In this document: in pieces, positions 52,601 to 64,000 of the stretch
How positions within the stretch are numbered: the stretch's first letter is position 1
How the letters are laid out: every line of letters begins with the position of its first letter
NCBI GenBank assembly: GCA_053919585.1
Contig: CM132787.1
DNA from: Euprymna scolopes
Taxonomy: Eukaryota
DNA length: 64,000 nucleotides
Reading direction: 5' to 3' (one strand)
Position numbers and translations under genes: made by a program
The notes under the pieces: model-generated
The model's database searches: none
What the model was told of the DNA's origin: nothing
The model's input: only the letters and a program-made list of their open reading frames with translations

Positions 52601-54388
52601 AATTCTTTTTCATTGAGTCCAAAGTTTCTAAAAAAACATTTATTTTTGTTGGAAAACTTTTCTTGATTTTTAGTTAAAGTTAGATATCATTTCCTTATTG
52701 GAGACATATGCCCTTCCAGGAGGTTATTAAGATATATTGAAAAAGGAAATGTGCACGGCATGCTAGGTATGAAGAATTGTTTAATATAAACTTAAATTAG
52801 TTCCATTTTTCTAAATGTAATTCATGGATTAAATAGTAATCGAACCTTAAAATGTGGTGGTAATAATCTTGTGAAAATGCTGTTTCTGTTTAGATCCTGA
52901 CATAAATGTTGTCCAGGCAGGATAGTAATGAATTTAATTCAAAATGAAATTACTGATTGACATTTAATACCTTAACTGATGATTGCAAAAGATAGCAAAT
53001 TAGCTGAAAGTTGCAAGCAGTGCTGTGATTAATGACGTAATGTTATTTTTTTGTAAAAAATTGTCCAAATACGACAGACGCTTAAAAGACCGTTCTCATT
53101 GACAAGTCCTTGCATACAATGGGAATTGAATTGTATTTTAACATAGTGTACACCTTACACGTATATCTGAAGTAAACATTTCGATCAACAAAAGCAAGGA
53201 TAAGCATTTTTCTCACGTTTAATACCAATTGTAGACGAATTGCAACTGCCCTATTCGCTGACACAATTGCCATATTTGTGATTTTGAATCTCATCTACGG
53301 ACGGTGTAAAGCGATTTAACAGTTGTTCTAGGGAAAAACAATCCAAGTACCACATATAAACTAATGTCAATCTTGAACAATATATGTTCTTATCAGAATC
53401 AAGTGGGTTATCAAAAGCACATACAATTACAGTAGTATTTGTTCTTAGTTTAAAATGTTTTGCAAACTGATAATCTGTTAGGTCTTAAACTGATACATGT
53501 GCAATTAAAAAAGTGGATGCTTTTCAAAAACAAAATAGTTTACTTAGTATATGCAGGATTATGTCTAGAAGCCATGATTTAGTAATGGATTTAATCGTAG
53601 AACTCGCTATTGATCCGATAGTAACTTTAATGTAGCCATAATAATATATTAAAATAATCTGGTTAGATCATAATACACTTGCATCTATAATCATTTTGCT
53701 ATGTTAATTTTACTGTTTTTAGGCTGTGGTTTACATTAAATTCATTTCAATTTACTCAATTTAATGTTATAGATTTCTGCTTGTATAAATATAGAGCTAT
53801 TTAATGATTAAAAGACAATAGATACAAAACTGATTAATATCATGTATATAAATAAAAAAGAACCCCTCTATTCACCAGAACACCAACATGTTATATGTTA
53901 TTGTGATATAATTTTACATTGGTTGCCCTTTTTTCTAAATTTCCATTTCATAACCTAAAAGCCATTACACGCTTAACGTAGCTTTCAGATCTTTCACCAA
54001 GAATGTTCTTAAATTTCTCTAGATACAAATGTTTTAGGACTACGAAGAACCCCTATAAAAGGTAATGGATGATATGCTTATACAGCCGTATTTTATAAAA
54101 TGGCACTTTTCAGAGCGAAACATCAGAAACGGTTTGGTGAATAATAATAATTTAACTACATCTTATATTGTACTATATTTCTAACAATAAAAATTATAAA
54201 ATTTATTGTCATGCCAAATAATAGAGTAACATATTTTGCACTGAAACATTCTACACAATATAGGATGTTGAAGTTTTCCTGAAAATGTATGATTATTACT
54301 ATTGCAATGTGGCTGGTTATATTATTGATTAAACTATCTATTAATAAAAATCTATTATTAGTTTTGCCAAAATAAAGCGGTTCAAGTT

Positions 54389-54648
54389 GGTTGGTGGTTT
54401 TGTTTTACGGCATATAAAGTCTAGAAAAGATCATTTAATGTCGAATCAAGTTATTTGGAAGAATACATTTTTTTAGATTTTTTTTTCAAGTCAGTTTTTA
54501 TTTAACCCATAGTTGAAACTCTAACAAGTTCTACCACTCCAGGTCAGAGGGGGCCTGGGAGCAATGGAAATAAAGGGGGCCCCACACTCCCCAAAGTCCG
54601 CAGTTGGGACCCCAGCATCGGATATAGTTTAAGGTCATATCCAGGACC
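54389..54648 (-). mobile_element. SINE-like retroposon, 5'-truncated copy of the 17945 family
   Basis: Shares GGGTCCTGGATATGACCTT, CCATTGCTCCCA, GGAGTGGTAG and the ATGCCGTAAAACAAAACCACCAACC tail; possible CAAGTT TSD. Confidence 0.8.
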
Positions 54649-55190
54649 CAAGTTTATTTGAATTGTAATGGTATATAACATACTTTTTAATAGAATAATT
54701 TTTGATTATTCGCATTATTTTTAAATTACTGCAGGGCACATAATTCTCCATGACAACTTTTTGATTTCCTTAATTCAAGTAAACTCAGAATAATTATCTA
54801 TCTATTTTTGTTTGTATTTTGTTGAATAACAGGCACAGATCGAATATAATGCATTTAACGTTTCGGCTGTAAGAACAATTTCACCAACATTTTTATGTAA
54901 CATTGCAGGCACACAAACACGATCAAATAAACCATATGTATATAGATTATACTATTTCATGATATAAAATTAAACTCCTTCACGAATTTCAAAATAGTTG
55001 GAAAATTCCTATAGTTAGCAGGAAGCCTCAAATGAAATAGACTTACTCAGAATTAAGTATCTATTAAAATATTTCCATTATATATAATTTATAAATCCAA
55101 CGCGCAATTGAAAATAATTATCTGTGAACGTACTTTTTTATAACCACACAGACACACGTACACACGCACACGCCTATATGGGCATTCATA

Positions 55191-55567
55191 CTAGCAGGCC
55201 GCTAGGCATTGCTCGGTCGTAAAATATATTAAATATGATATTTTGATGAAATCATATCTCGTTGTTATTATTATATTATACCTGACCAAATATATATTAA
55301 TGAATTAAAACATTTAAAAAATGGCTCCACAAACGAGAAGTACATCACCGTCGAGAATAGAAACCAGTGCGTTTACACTGCGATGCACTTTTTCCTTTTA
55401 CATTAATGTCTTAGCTTTCAAGACATGTTTACTGCAAGGCTAAAAATTAAAATATGAGCTCGCCCGATCTTTACATGGCAAATTCCATTTCTTTAATTTT
55501 TACAATTTTCCACCGATTTTTCCCGTCTATAACCAAGTATGATTTTTTGCATGTTTTAGAATACCCT

Positions 55568-55630
<63 letters not shown>
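55191..55630 (-). mobile_element. Helitron-like non-autonomous element
   Basis: A|CTAG at 55190-55194 followed by a GGCATTGCTCGG hairpin-like motif similar to the 21055 end. Confidence 0.4.
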
Positions 55631-55647
<17 letters not shown>

Positions 55648-55878
55648 AGTTTAATATCTGTAGACCAAAAACTGCCAGAAGATTTTGGAAGGAAAAATTT
55701 TAAAATAAATATATATACACGTACCTAACCATATATTAAAATATGTTTGTGTTCATTATAAACTTTTTACTGTAATAGTACGCAAGTATCAATCATGTAG
55801 AATATCTGCATGAATATACTTACACTTAATAGTTAACTAAAAATGATTATCTTATCATAAAACCGGCACAACTAATAG

Positions 55879-58800
55879 TAGCTGAGCAGATTTAGGAAAT
55901 CTCGTTCCTTTTGGTAAGCAAGCATGAAACTTTGCACGATTGCTCACAATGGTGTACTCTTCCGAAAAAAAACTTTTAGGCCACTCAAAAAATCCAAGAT
56001 GGCCGCCATTTTTAAGATGGCTCCCATTCTGAAATCCAATATTGCTTTTTTACAAAGTATCTAATCGATTTTCACAATTTTTGAGTCAAATTATATGTTT
56101 TAAGGGATGGGAAAGCAGTAAATGCCACCAAAATAACCGATTAATGAGTCCTACAATCCACAAAGGAACATATATGAGATGAATTTAAGCAACTATTGTC
56201 AATTTTTGCCTTTTATTGCCATTAAACAGAATAATGTACTTGATATTCAATTCCCCAAATGAGCTGAATGTATTAGTTATAAAAATTAATCCTTTCAGCT
56301 CATTCTCATAATATGTCATATGCAAGAGAGTGATTGTCATGACACAACCAGGGCATAACGTTGACATCACTGCTGTGAAACTCAGCATGGGGCCCAGTAT
56401 CAATTGATATTGTTCATGTTTCAGTGTCCCAAATGCTGTCTAATAAGCCCCATGGACAAAATAATGTTCAGTCTGTTAGATAGCTGCACCTGAATTGACA
56501 GGATATGCCAGCGCGGGAGAGCCGAGCCAAAGGTAACGAGGCTATAGTTACCTGGATGGTGTACAGATCGCACGGGACTTAAATGATATCGGATGAACTA
56601 TCGGGCTAGATGTAGGGAACCTACCTTTCTGAACCTAGTTGTATCCCATATCTGAATGCGTCAAAATATATTCGGTAACTGTGGTTACAGGTGGTAAAAG
56701 GAAAAACCCTCGGCCTGAAGCCTATAACATTTACAGAATGTCTATTGAGAAGACGTCAAATGTGAAAACTGATTGGAGCAAATGTCAGACAGATAAAGCC
56801 GGAGAGGATCTCAGTAGTCCCATTCCAAGTCGCAGTAAATTAGATGGATATTCAATGCTGGCTACAAATATTCCTCCTTTTCAAGAACTCTGTCAGATGC
56901 CCATGACTATTAATCCTGCTAGGCTCGATGAAGGTGATGGTATTGAATATACATTGCGGCAAAACAATGCTCAGTACCATCAGAGTTGCCGTGCTTTGTT
57001 ATAAAATACCAAACTTGATCGGGCCAGGAAAAGGGCATCTGTCGCTCAGGAACATACTGACAAGAGTTCTTCAAAGACAGGAAGAGTAAGTTTAAAGCCA
57101 GAACAATGTTTCCTCTGCGACAAAGAATTACTAGATGATGGACGAAGACGTGAAATCATGACAATGTTGCTCAGCAGTAGGCTCAATGAATGTGCCACAA
57201 CTCTAGGTGAATGTAAAATTCTTGCCCGATTGAGTGCTAGTAATGCCATTGCACAAGAGTTGAAGTATCATAAAGATTGTTTAACAATTCTTTACAACAG
57301 GGAAAGATGTCACCTTGCAACAACAGGAAAATGAAGATTCTCAGAAAAAAAGAACCCAACCATTGGTATATTCAGAACTTCTTGCTTATATAGTTGAGAT
57401 TAATACGAACACTGATGCACCAGTTGTGTATAAACTTGCAGATCTCATCACACAGTATAATCAACGACTTCAACAGTTGGAACTGAATGAACTTGCCTCA
57501 TCTGTTTACTCAACAAGACTGAAAGAGAAGCTTTTGTCAGATATACCAGCACTTGAAGTTCACAAGAATGGGATAGATGTTATCTTGTCCTTTACAGAGG
57601 ATACAGGACAATCTTGTCAAAAGCTTCAGAATTTTCTGATGCTGTTATACTCAACAAAGCTGCAAGTATTTTGTGAATACACATGCTTGCTCATGAATGG
57701 AAATGTAATGTTAGATTCCGTGCAGACTCAGTGGGAAATTCTATTCCTCAATCGCTACAACAATTTGTTTTTGTGGTGAAGCACGGCGTCGATATCAAGT
57801 CGCCACTGGAATTAGGTTCATCAAAGACAGACTTGGCTATAGCTCAGCTCCTGCAGTGCAACTGCTACAGCCACAAAAGCAATTCATCAACATTCAGACA
57901 TTCACACAATCGTGAGACTCCCTTTGCCATCTTTATGGGCCAATCTTTGTATGGGACAACACGAAACAAGGACTTGTGGAACTGTTACATGACAATGGAC
58001 TAAGCTTTTCATATGACAGGGTGCTTGAAATATCTGCTCAATTGGATGATGCCGTTGCTGACAGGTACACTGAAGAGGGTGTTGTGTGCCGTACAGAACT
58101 TAGGAAAGGTTTTTTTATCACATCAGCTATGGACAATATAGATCACAATCTGTTTGCAACAACAGCTACAACATCCTTTCATGGTACCAGTATATCACTA
58201 TTTCAACATCCAACGTCTGGCAGTGATGGTGAACTGCGTGAGCCACTTATGATCAAAAATCATAGTATAAAACGGGTGCCTAAACTTCCAGAATCTTTCA
58301 CAAACTTTCATCCTGCATATCTAAAGAACAATACTCCGTCGGCTCCAGAGTTCGAATATCCAACAAGTGTTGATATTGACTTTGGCAGGCTTTTGTTAGC
58401 AAACGAATTTCAGTGGCTAGAAAAGGTTCATCTGAACCAAAGCATTGATGATGACGTTAACATAACCTGGCCGGCAGACCATGCTTCTGAGAAGAGAGGT
58501 TTAGATTTCAAAGTGAGCATTACATCAATTCTACCTCTCCTCCGAGAACAAGCCCACTCAGTTGCCACAATACCAGATGTTATGGAGAGGATTAGAGAGG
58601 CAATAGCGTTCCTCAACCCAGGGCAAATTCCAGTCATAACTTCTGACCAAGCAAATACAATGGCACTGGCTACAGCAATATGGTGAAAATAAGTTCGTCA
58701 TCATGTTTGACGGCTTGCATGTTGAAATGGCTGCACTGAAGTCAATTGGGTGGCTTCTAAAAGCAAGTGGTTAGATAGAAGCCATTGTAGAAGCAGATAT

Positions 58801-60577
58801 AGCTTCGTCTGGTATTTCAGAATCTTTCATCACTGCTTCAAGTGTTACTAGGACACGATACGCTCACCAGATTACTGCATGTAGTCTCTACACACTGAGT
58901 AAAAAAGCATACGAGTCTTACATTGCAGATACTTCTTTGGAGCAAGATGCGTCAGTTATCTTAAGCTTTGATGAGTGATGTGAGAAGCGAAAAGCAGAGA
59001 GCCCGCAATTCAGTTACTGGTATCTTGTGCTTTCAATGGAACTGACCATACTATTTCTGATACGTTCTTTCGGGGAAGCTGACTTCAGACTTTATGTCGA
59101 AACACTGATGGACCTGATACAATACTTCTTTTCCAACAATAAATACAACTCTGCAAGATGGCTATCAGTTCATCTGAAGGGCATGCTGTGCTTAGAGCAG
59201 ACCCATCCTGATACGCATTTGCAATTCCAAAATGGAAAATTTGTTGTCTTCAAGTCATTGCGACCATTTTCTTCTATGGCCATGGATCCAGCACATAAAC
59301 AGTAACATGCAATCATCAAAGGAAGAGGGTGTGGTCGTAGGTGTGACAGATGATCCTTCAGCATTACGAAGATGGATGGTAGCAGGGCCAGAAGTGTGGC
59401 GTCTTACTGAAGAATATGAAGCACTGTCATCGAACAAGGATGTTACTGAAAACATGAAACACAGAGAACAAACAAGTCACTCCCATAAAGCTTTCTATGG
59501 CAAAGTAACAAAGCTCACGGCTGCCACCAATGAATTGGGCAATCCATTTCAAGAACAATCATCCGATCTACTCACTCTGGCTACAATGATTATAGCATCG
59601 GAAACCGCAGCTGAAGCTGTTCGCATGCACTATGGGAATGGCAGGACTCGCTTTAAAGAGTTCATGAAGACCTTAGAGGGAGAACACCAGGCTGCTTTCT
59701 ATTCCAAAATCAAAAGGAATACCATAGACTTCTTTGACTAGACACAAGAAGCAGCAGTGACTGATGCCAAACATAAAAGTCTGTAGATGACTGTCGCCTA
59801 TTCTCTAAACTATTCATATCTTTGCAATCCAGGGTATGTGACCTGATGGAATTCTTTAAACACGAGAACCAGTGCTTTCCTGCATCGTTGAGTGAAAATG
59901 GAAACCTCTACAGTGGTACAAAGTCTCAACTTGAATTGCTTCTTCAGTCCAAAGTTACATGTCCACATTCAGTTCCACATGTGTCAGTCATCATCATCGA
60001 TGGTTCAGAATTGGTAAACACTATACCAACCTGCAAATCAAAAACCTTCGAAGAGTATGCGCAACTAGATTTTTTTCAAAAGGTACTGAAATTCAGTTCA
60101 TCATACGAGAGGACTGACATTGTTTTTGATGTTTACTTACTAACAAGTTTGAAAGCTGAAACACGGACAAAACATGGGCAATGTGCAAAGCGTCGTGTAA
60201 CCCACAACGGCAAGCTCCCTCCCAACTGGCGAAATTTCTTGAGGGATGATGACAATAAAACAGCTCTCATCAAGTTTCTGGCTGATAGAATCACTTCACT
60301 AGCACAGGATCATGAAAATCTCGTAGTAATCACCAGAGATTCAGATGTTGTTAGCAATCAGAATATCAGTTTTGAAGGACTAGCACCATGCAACCATAAG
60401 GAATCAGACACAAGTATGTTTGTACACGCAAAACATGCAGTTAATCATGGTTACAAAACAGTACTGCTGAAAGCTAACGCCACAGATATCCTTGTCATTG
60501 CCATCACTGTATTTCCAGTCTTGAAAGAGTTGAGCCTGGAGGCAATGTTCATTGAATTCGGTTATAAAGCATTGTAA
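55879..60577 (+). mobile_element. Academ (AcademX-like) DNA transposon relic, 3'-truncated
   Basis: Starts TAGCTGAGCAG with AAGATGGC(C/T) subterminal motifs; long fragmented transposase plus PIN/XPG-like coding region; no right TIR seen. Confidence 0.7.
56640..60577 (+). pseudogene. Large transposase with C-terminal PIN/XPG-like nuclease, fragmented
   Basis: Collinear ORF pieces: YHQSC, CFLC, YHKDC, AMDNIDHN..TSFHGTSIS, PVITSDQ, GLHVEMA, MAMDPAHKQ, LRRWMVAGPEV, HENQCFPASLS, IIDGS..DIVFDVY..NHKESDTSMFVH..TDILV. Confidence 0.8.
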
Positions 60578-60714
60578 AGGTAATCTTATTAAAAGGGAAC
60601 ATGAGCCAGGATAATGCATATAAGAGATTTATAAATATTATTTTATAACTATGACGAATGGAAAAAAGATAGATAAATATTATTATAATTGATATTAATT
60701 GGACAAAACTTAAT

Positions 60715-60726
60715 ACATTATTATTA

Positions 60727-60775
<49 letters not shown>

Positions 60776-60988
60776 GATAATTATTATAATTATTAATATT
60801 ATTATAGTTATTATCAATATCATTATTAATATTATTATTATGATTATTACTATTACTATTATTATTTTTATTAATATTATTATTATTATTTTACTAATCA
60901 AATGTATAATTATCATTTTATTATTCTTACTATTGAAGTAAAAGACAAGTTATTATTATCATTATTATTATTATTATTATTATTTTAA

Positions 60989-61019
<31 letters not shown>

Positions 61020-61040
61020 TTCGGTATTGTTATTATTATT
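60715..61040. repeat. Degenerate (TTA)n microsatellite
   Basis: Directly visible trinucleotide tract. Confidence 0.95.
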
Positions 61041-61209
61041 ACAAATTAGGTAAAAAACAAAGTATTATTTTTATTTTTATTACAATGGATTAAATATTAA
61101 AAAAATTATTTTTAAGAATTATAACAAATAGAGTAAATGATAAATAATTATTAGTATTATTAATAATGAAATAAAAGAAAAATCATTACTATTATTAATA
61201 TTATTATTA

Positions 61210-63620
61210 ACTACATGTACCCTGCCAGGCGTTGCAGTGGCTCAATTTGGTTTAATGTAAAAAATGTAATAAAAAGAGAAAAATGCATGTTTCTTACATT
61301 CGTAGTACAGCAAAACCACTCCAAAAAGTGAAAAAGAAGGCGAAAATGAAAAAAAAAATTGTACTCTCGCAAAATTCGATCTGGATACTCGGAAGTTTCT
61401 GTATTTTCATTCATGGTTTGGACTCGACCAACAATCAGTGGATGAAGCCGAACGTAGCAAAAACGTTGGAACGCTTAAAGTTTTTTTTTTTCTGTATACA
61501 AAAATGTGTGTTAGTAATTAATATTTGGTTGATGGGGGGGGTTACTATACAGATTCGAAAAAGTTGTTCAAAAACACAAAATAAATGAAATCAAAGGTAA
61601 GGTAAGTAACGTTTCTACCTAACTGGATAATTGTTTAGTGTTTTTATGTAATGTAAAAATGTTTAATCGGCTCGAAAAACAGAGATAGTCGCAGACTCTG
61701 TTGAATAAGTTAAGTTTGGAAAAGTAAGTTGAAAATTAAAAACTAATACAAAACATGAAAAACATATAAGTTAACATGACCAATAATAAGTTACCATGAC
61801 ATAGTTTGGCATAATCGGTGGGTCTTTGACAGTTTTTTAGTTTTAACTCACTTTCTTTATTAAAGTAATCAACAGTGTCCGCCACCATTTGTAGTTTTTC
61901 AAATACACCGATAAACACTGTTTTTCAAGCCGCACTAAACGTTACATTAAATTAAAAGGGGTCATATTACTAAGCACAGATACAAAAAAGCTGTCAAAAA
62001 ATATATATATAACAAATAAATGTTATCAAAGGCAAGAAAAGTAAATATTCTACCTAACTGGATGAGATTTTAGTGTATTTATGTAATGTATAATCGTTTT
62101 AAAAACATTCACTGTTTAGCGGTATATCTGAAAAATACAAATGTCGGCAGACTGTATCGAACACGTTAAGTTTGGGGAAATTTTGGGAAAATTGAGTTTA
62201 CACTAAAAACCTATAGAAAATAATGTTAGGAACTCACTCAATATATGTTATCATTACGTAGGCTGGCATATAATCGGTGGTTTTAAACTTTTGCTCGATA
62301 CAGGTGACGACTTTTAAAAGTCCATTTTAGTGATTACCTGGTGTGAGGATATTTGTATAACTAAACGGCAAATGTGCTTCAAAAAAATCCGGTATTATTT
62401 TTACTTTAAGGCTCGTTTCACATTCGTATATAACGAAATATTTTATTGTAGATTTTGGTGTGCTAAAAAACAATCTGCAAACCTTTTCCCTAGCAACAAG
62501 AAAGTTTTCATGATATTCATGAAATTACTTTTTCGAAAAGTGGGTGATCAGATTTCAATGTAAATTTAACTTAGAATGAGCACCCACTGTCTGGCCACCT
62601 GAGAGAGGGGAATTTTTCTGTGTTTCTTGGCTAAAAAGTATTTTGTTTGATTTCTTTTGCATAGTAATAACCCCTGAACTCTGGGACTATTTTCCATTTC
62701 ACAGCCGTAGCCTTCGTTTACGCTATGCGTGAGCATAAACGAAGGCTGTTTTGCCAATAAACTTGGGAACAAATCCCCCCCTCTTTCAGTTGGCTAGAAA
62801 GTGGGGGCTCATTTTAAGTTAAATTTACATGGAAAAGTCATTGCCCACTTTTCGAAAAAGTAATTTCTTCATATCATAAAAACTACTTTTTTTTGCAACG
62901 GAAACGGGTTGCAGCTTCGTGTTTAGCACACCCAAGTCTACAAAAAAGTGTTATATACGAACGTGAGACGCACAGCCCTTAATGGAAAATTATATCAAAA
63001 ATCCGGTGGAAAATAGTTTTCAATAAAAACAGCAAAGGAATTCGATGGAAAAAAATTAATGCGATATTTTTTTTTTTTAATTTGTATAGGTGTTTCTTGG
63101 CTAAAAAGTTTTTTGTTTGATTTCTTTTGCATGGTAATGACCCCTGAACTATGGGACTATTTTCCATTTCACAGACGTAGCCTTTGTTTATGCTACGCGT
63201 AGGCACAAACGAAAACTGTTAAATATGCACTCGCGTACCAAACTGCCTTGTCAAAAAACCTTTAAGCCAATAAACACGAAAATAAATGCCCCTTCCCCGG
63301 GTGGCCAGAAAGTGGCTGCTCATTTTAAGTGAAATTTACATGGAAAAGTGATCCCCCACTTTTCGAAAAATTTTCGACTATTTTCCATTTCACAGACGTA
63401 GCCTTTGTTTATGCTACGCGTAGGCACAAACGAAAACTGTTAAATATGCACTCGCGTACCAAACTGCCTTGTCAAAAAACCTTTAAGCCAATAAACACGA
63501 AAATAAATGCCCCTTCCCCGGGTGGCCAGAAAGTGGCTGCTCATTTTAAGTGAAATTTACATGGAAAAGTGATCCCCCACTTTTCGAAAAAACAAGTCTT
63601 CATATCATGAAAACAATTTT
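61210..63620. repeat. Complex repeat block (Helitron-like end, direct, inverted and tandem duplications)
   Basis: Direct repeat ~61610-61800 vs ~62045-62280; inverted arms ~62385-62615 vs ~62771-63005; 216-bp tandem copies 63155-63370 and 63376-63591. Confidence 0.7.
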
Positions 63621-64000
63621 GGTACTCATTGGCGTTTATTTCCATGGCGACCCGCAGGATTATTTAATGGTCGTTCCCTTAGTCCCCCCTAGTAAAGGCT
63701 AACGCATGTGCACGTTACATTTTTTTTATTTATTTACTTACGTGGCGAAGTTATACAACCATCAGCCCCATGCGAATTTCTATACTAATAAGTTTTTTGA
63801 AATTTTTACACTGGATTATTATTGATTGAACACTATCCAGATACTGAACAAAAATTGAAAAAAAAAAATTATTTCAACATTTGAAAGGAGTACTCACTTT
63901 TTAGTTACCACGTTCTGGTAAATCGGTCACCCACTTTTGGGGGGGAGCTTAATACGGAAGTGTCTTCGGGAGATATAAAATGGTCGCATGTTGACGAAGC

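Noticed and set aside
60710-60916. Poly-Ile ORF, and the YI-repeat ORFs elsewhere
   Set aside because: Translations of (TTA)n and (TA)n microsatellites.

Overview
AT-rich eukaryotic scaffold with many N gaps and (TA)n/(TTA)n tracts. It is almost entirely transposable-element debris, and I find no confident host protein-coding gene. The SINE-like repeat families resemble those I associate with octopod cephalopods (recall-based inference). Contents: two young inverted copies of a DD34E Tc1 element with IR/DR ends, an older second Tc1 family and a TRT/DD37E-like relic; an internally deleted Gypsy LTR element (TTTAC TSD, tRNA-Ser PBS) whose 3' LTR is split by a 5'-inverted CR1-group LINE; R4/Dong-like RLE non-LTR fragments; a Penelope-like element (RT + GIY-YIG) with an inverted pseudo-LTR; an AcademX-like transposase/PIN relic; many Helitron-like non-autonomous elements; MITE-like foldbacks; and SINEs, including a 5S-rRNA-headed family. 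The best candidate for an undescribed system is a non-coding ~457-nt tandem unit at 36.96-37.9 kb. It carries minimal, dimer-type hammerhead ribozymes, is retrozyme-like, and shares the architecture of the nearby Penelope-like element. Other notable items are a triplicated LTR-end/PBS unit fixed inside both Gypsy LTRs and the 5S-derived SINEs. All identities were judged by eye; no searches were run.
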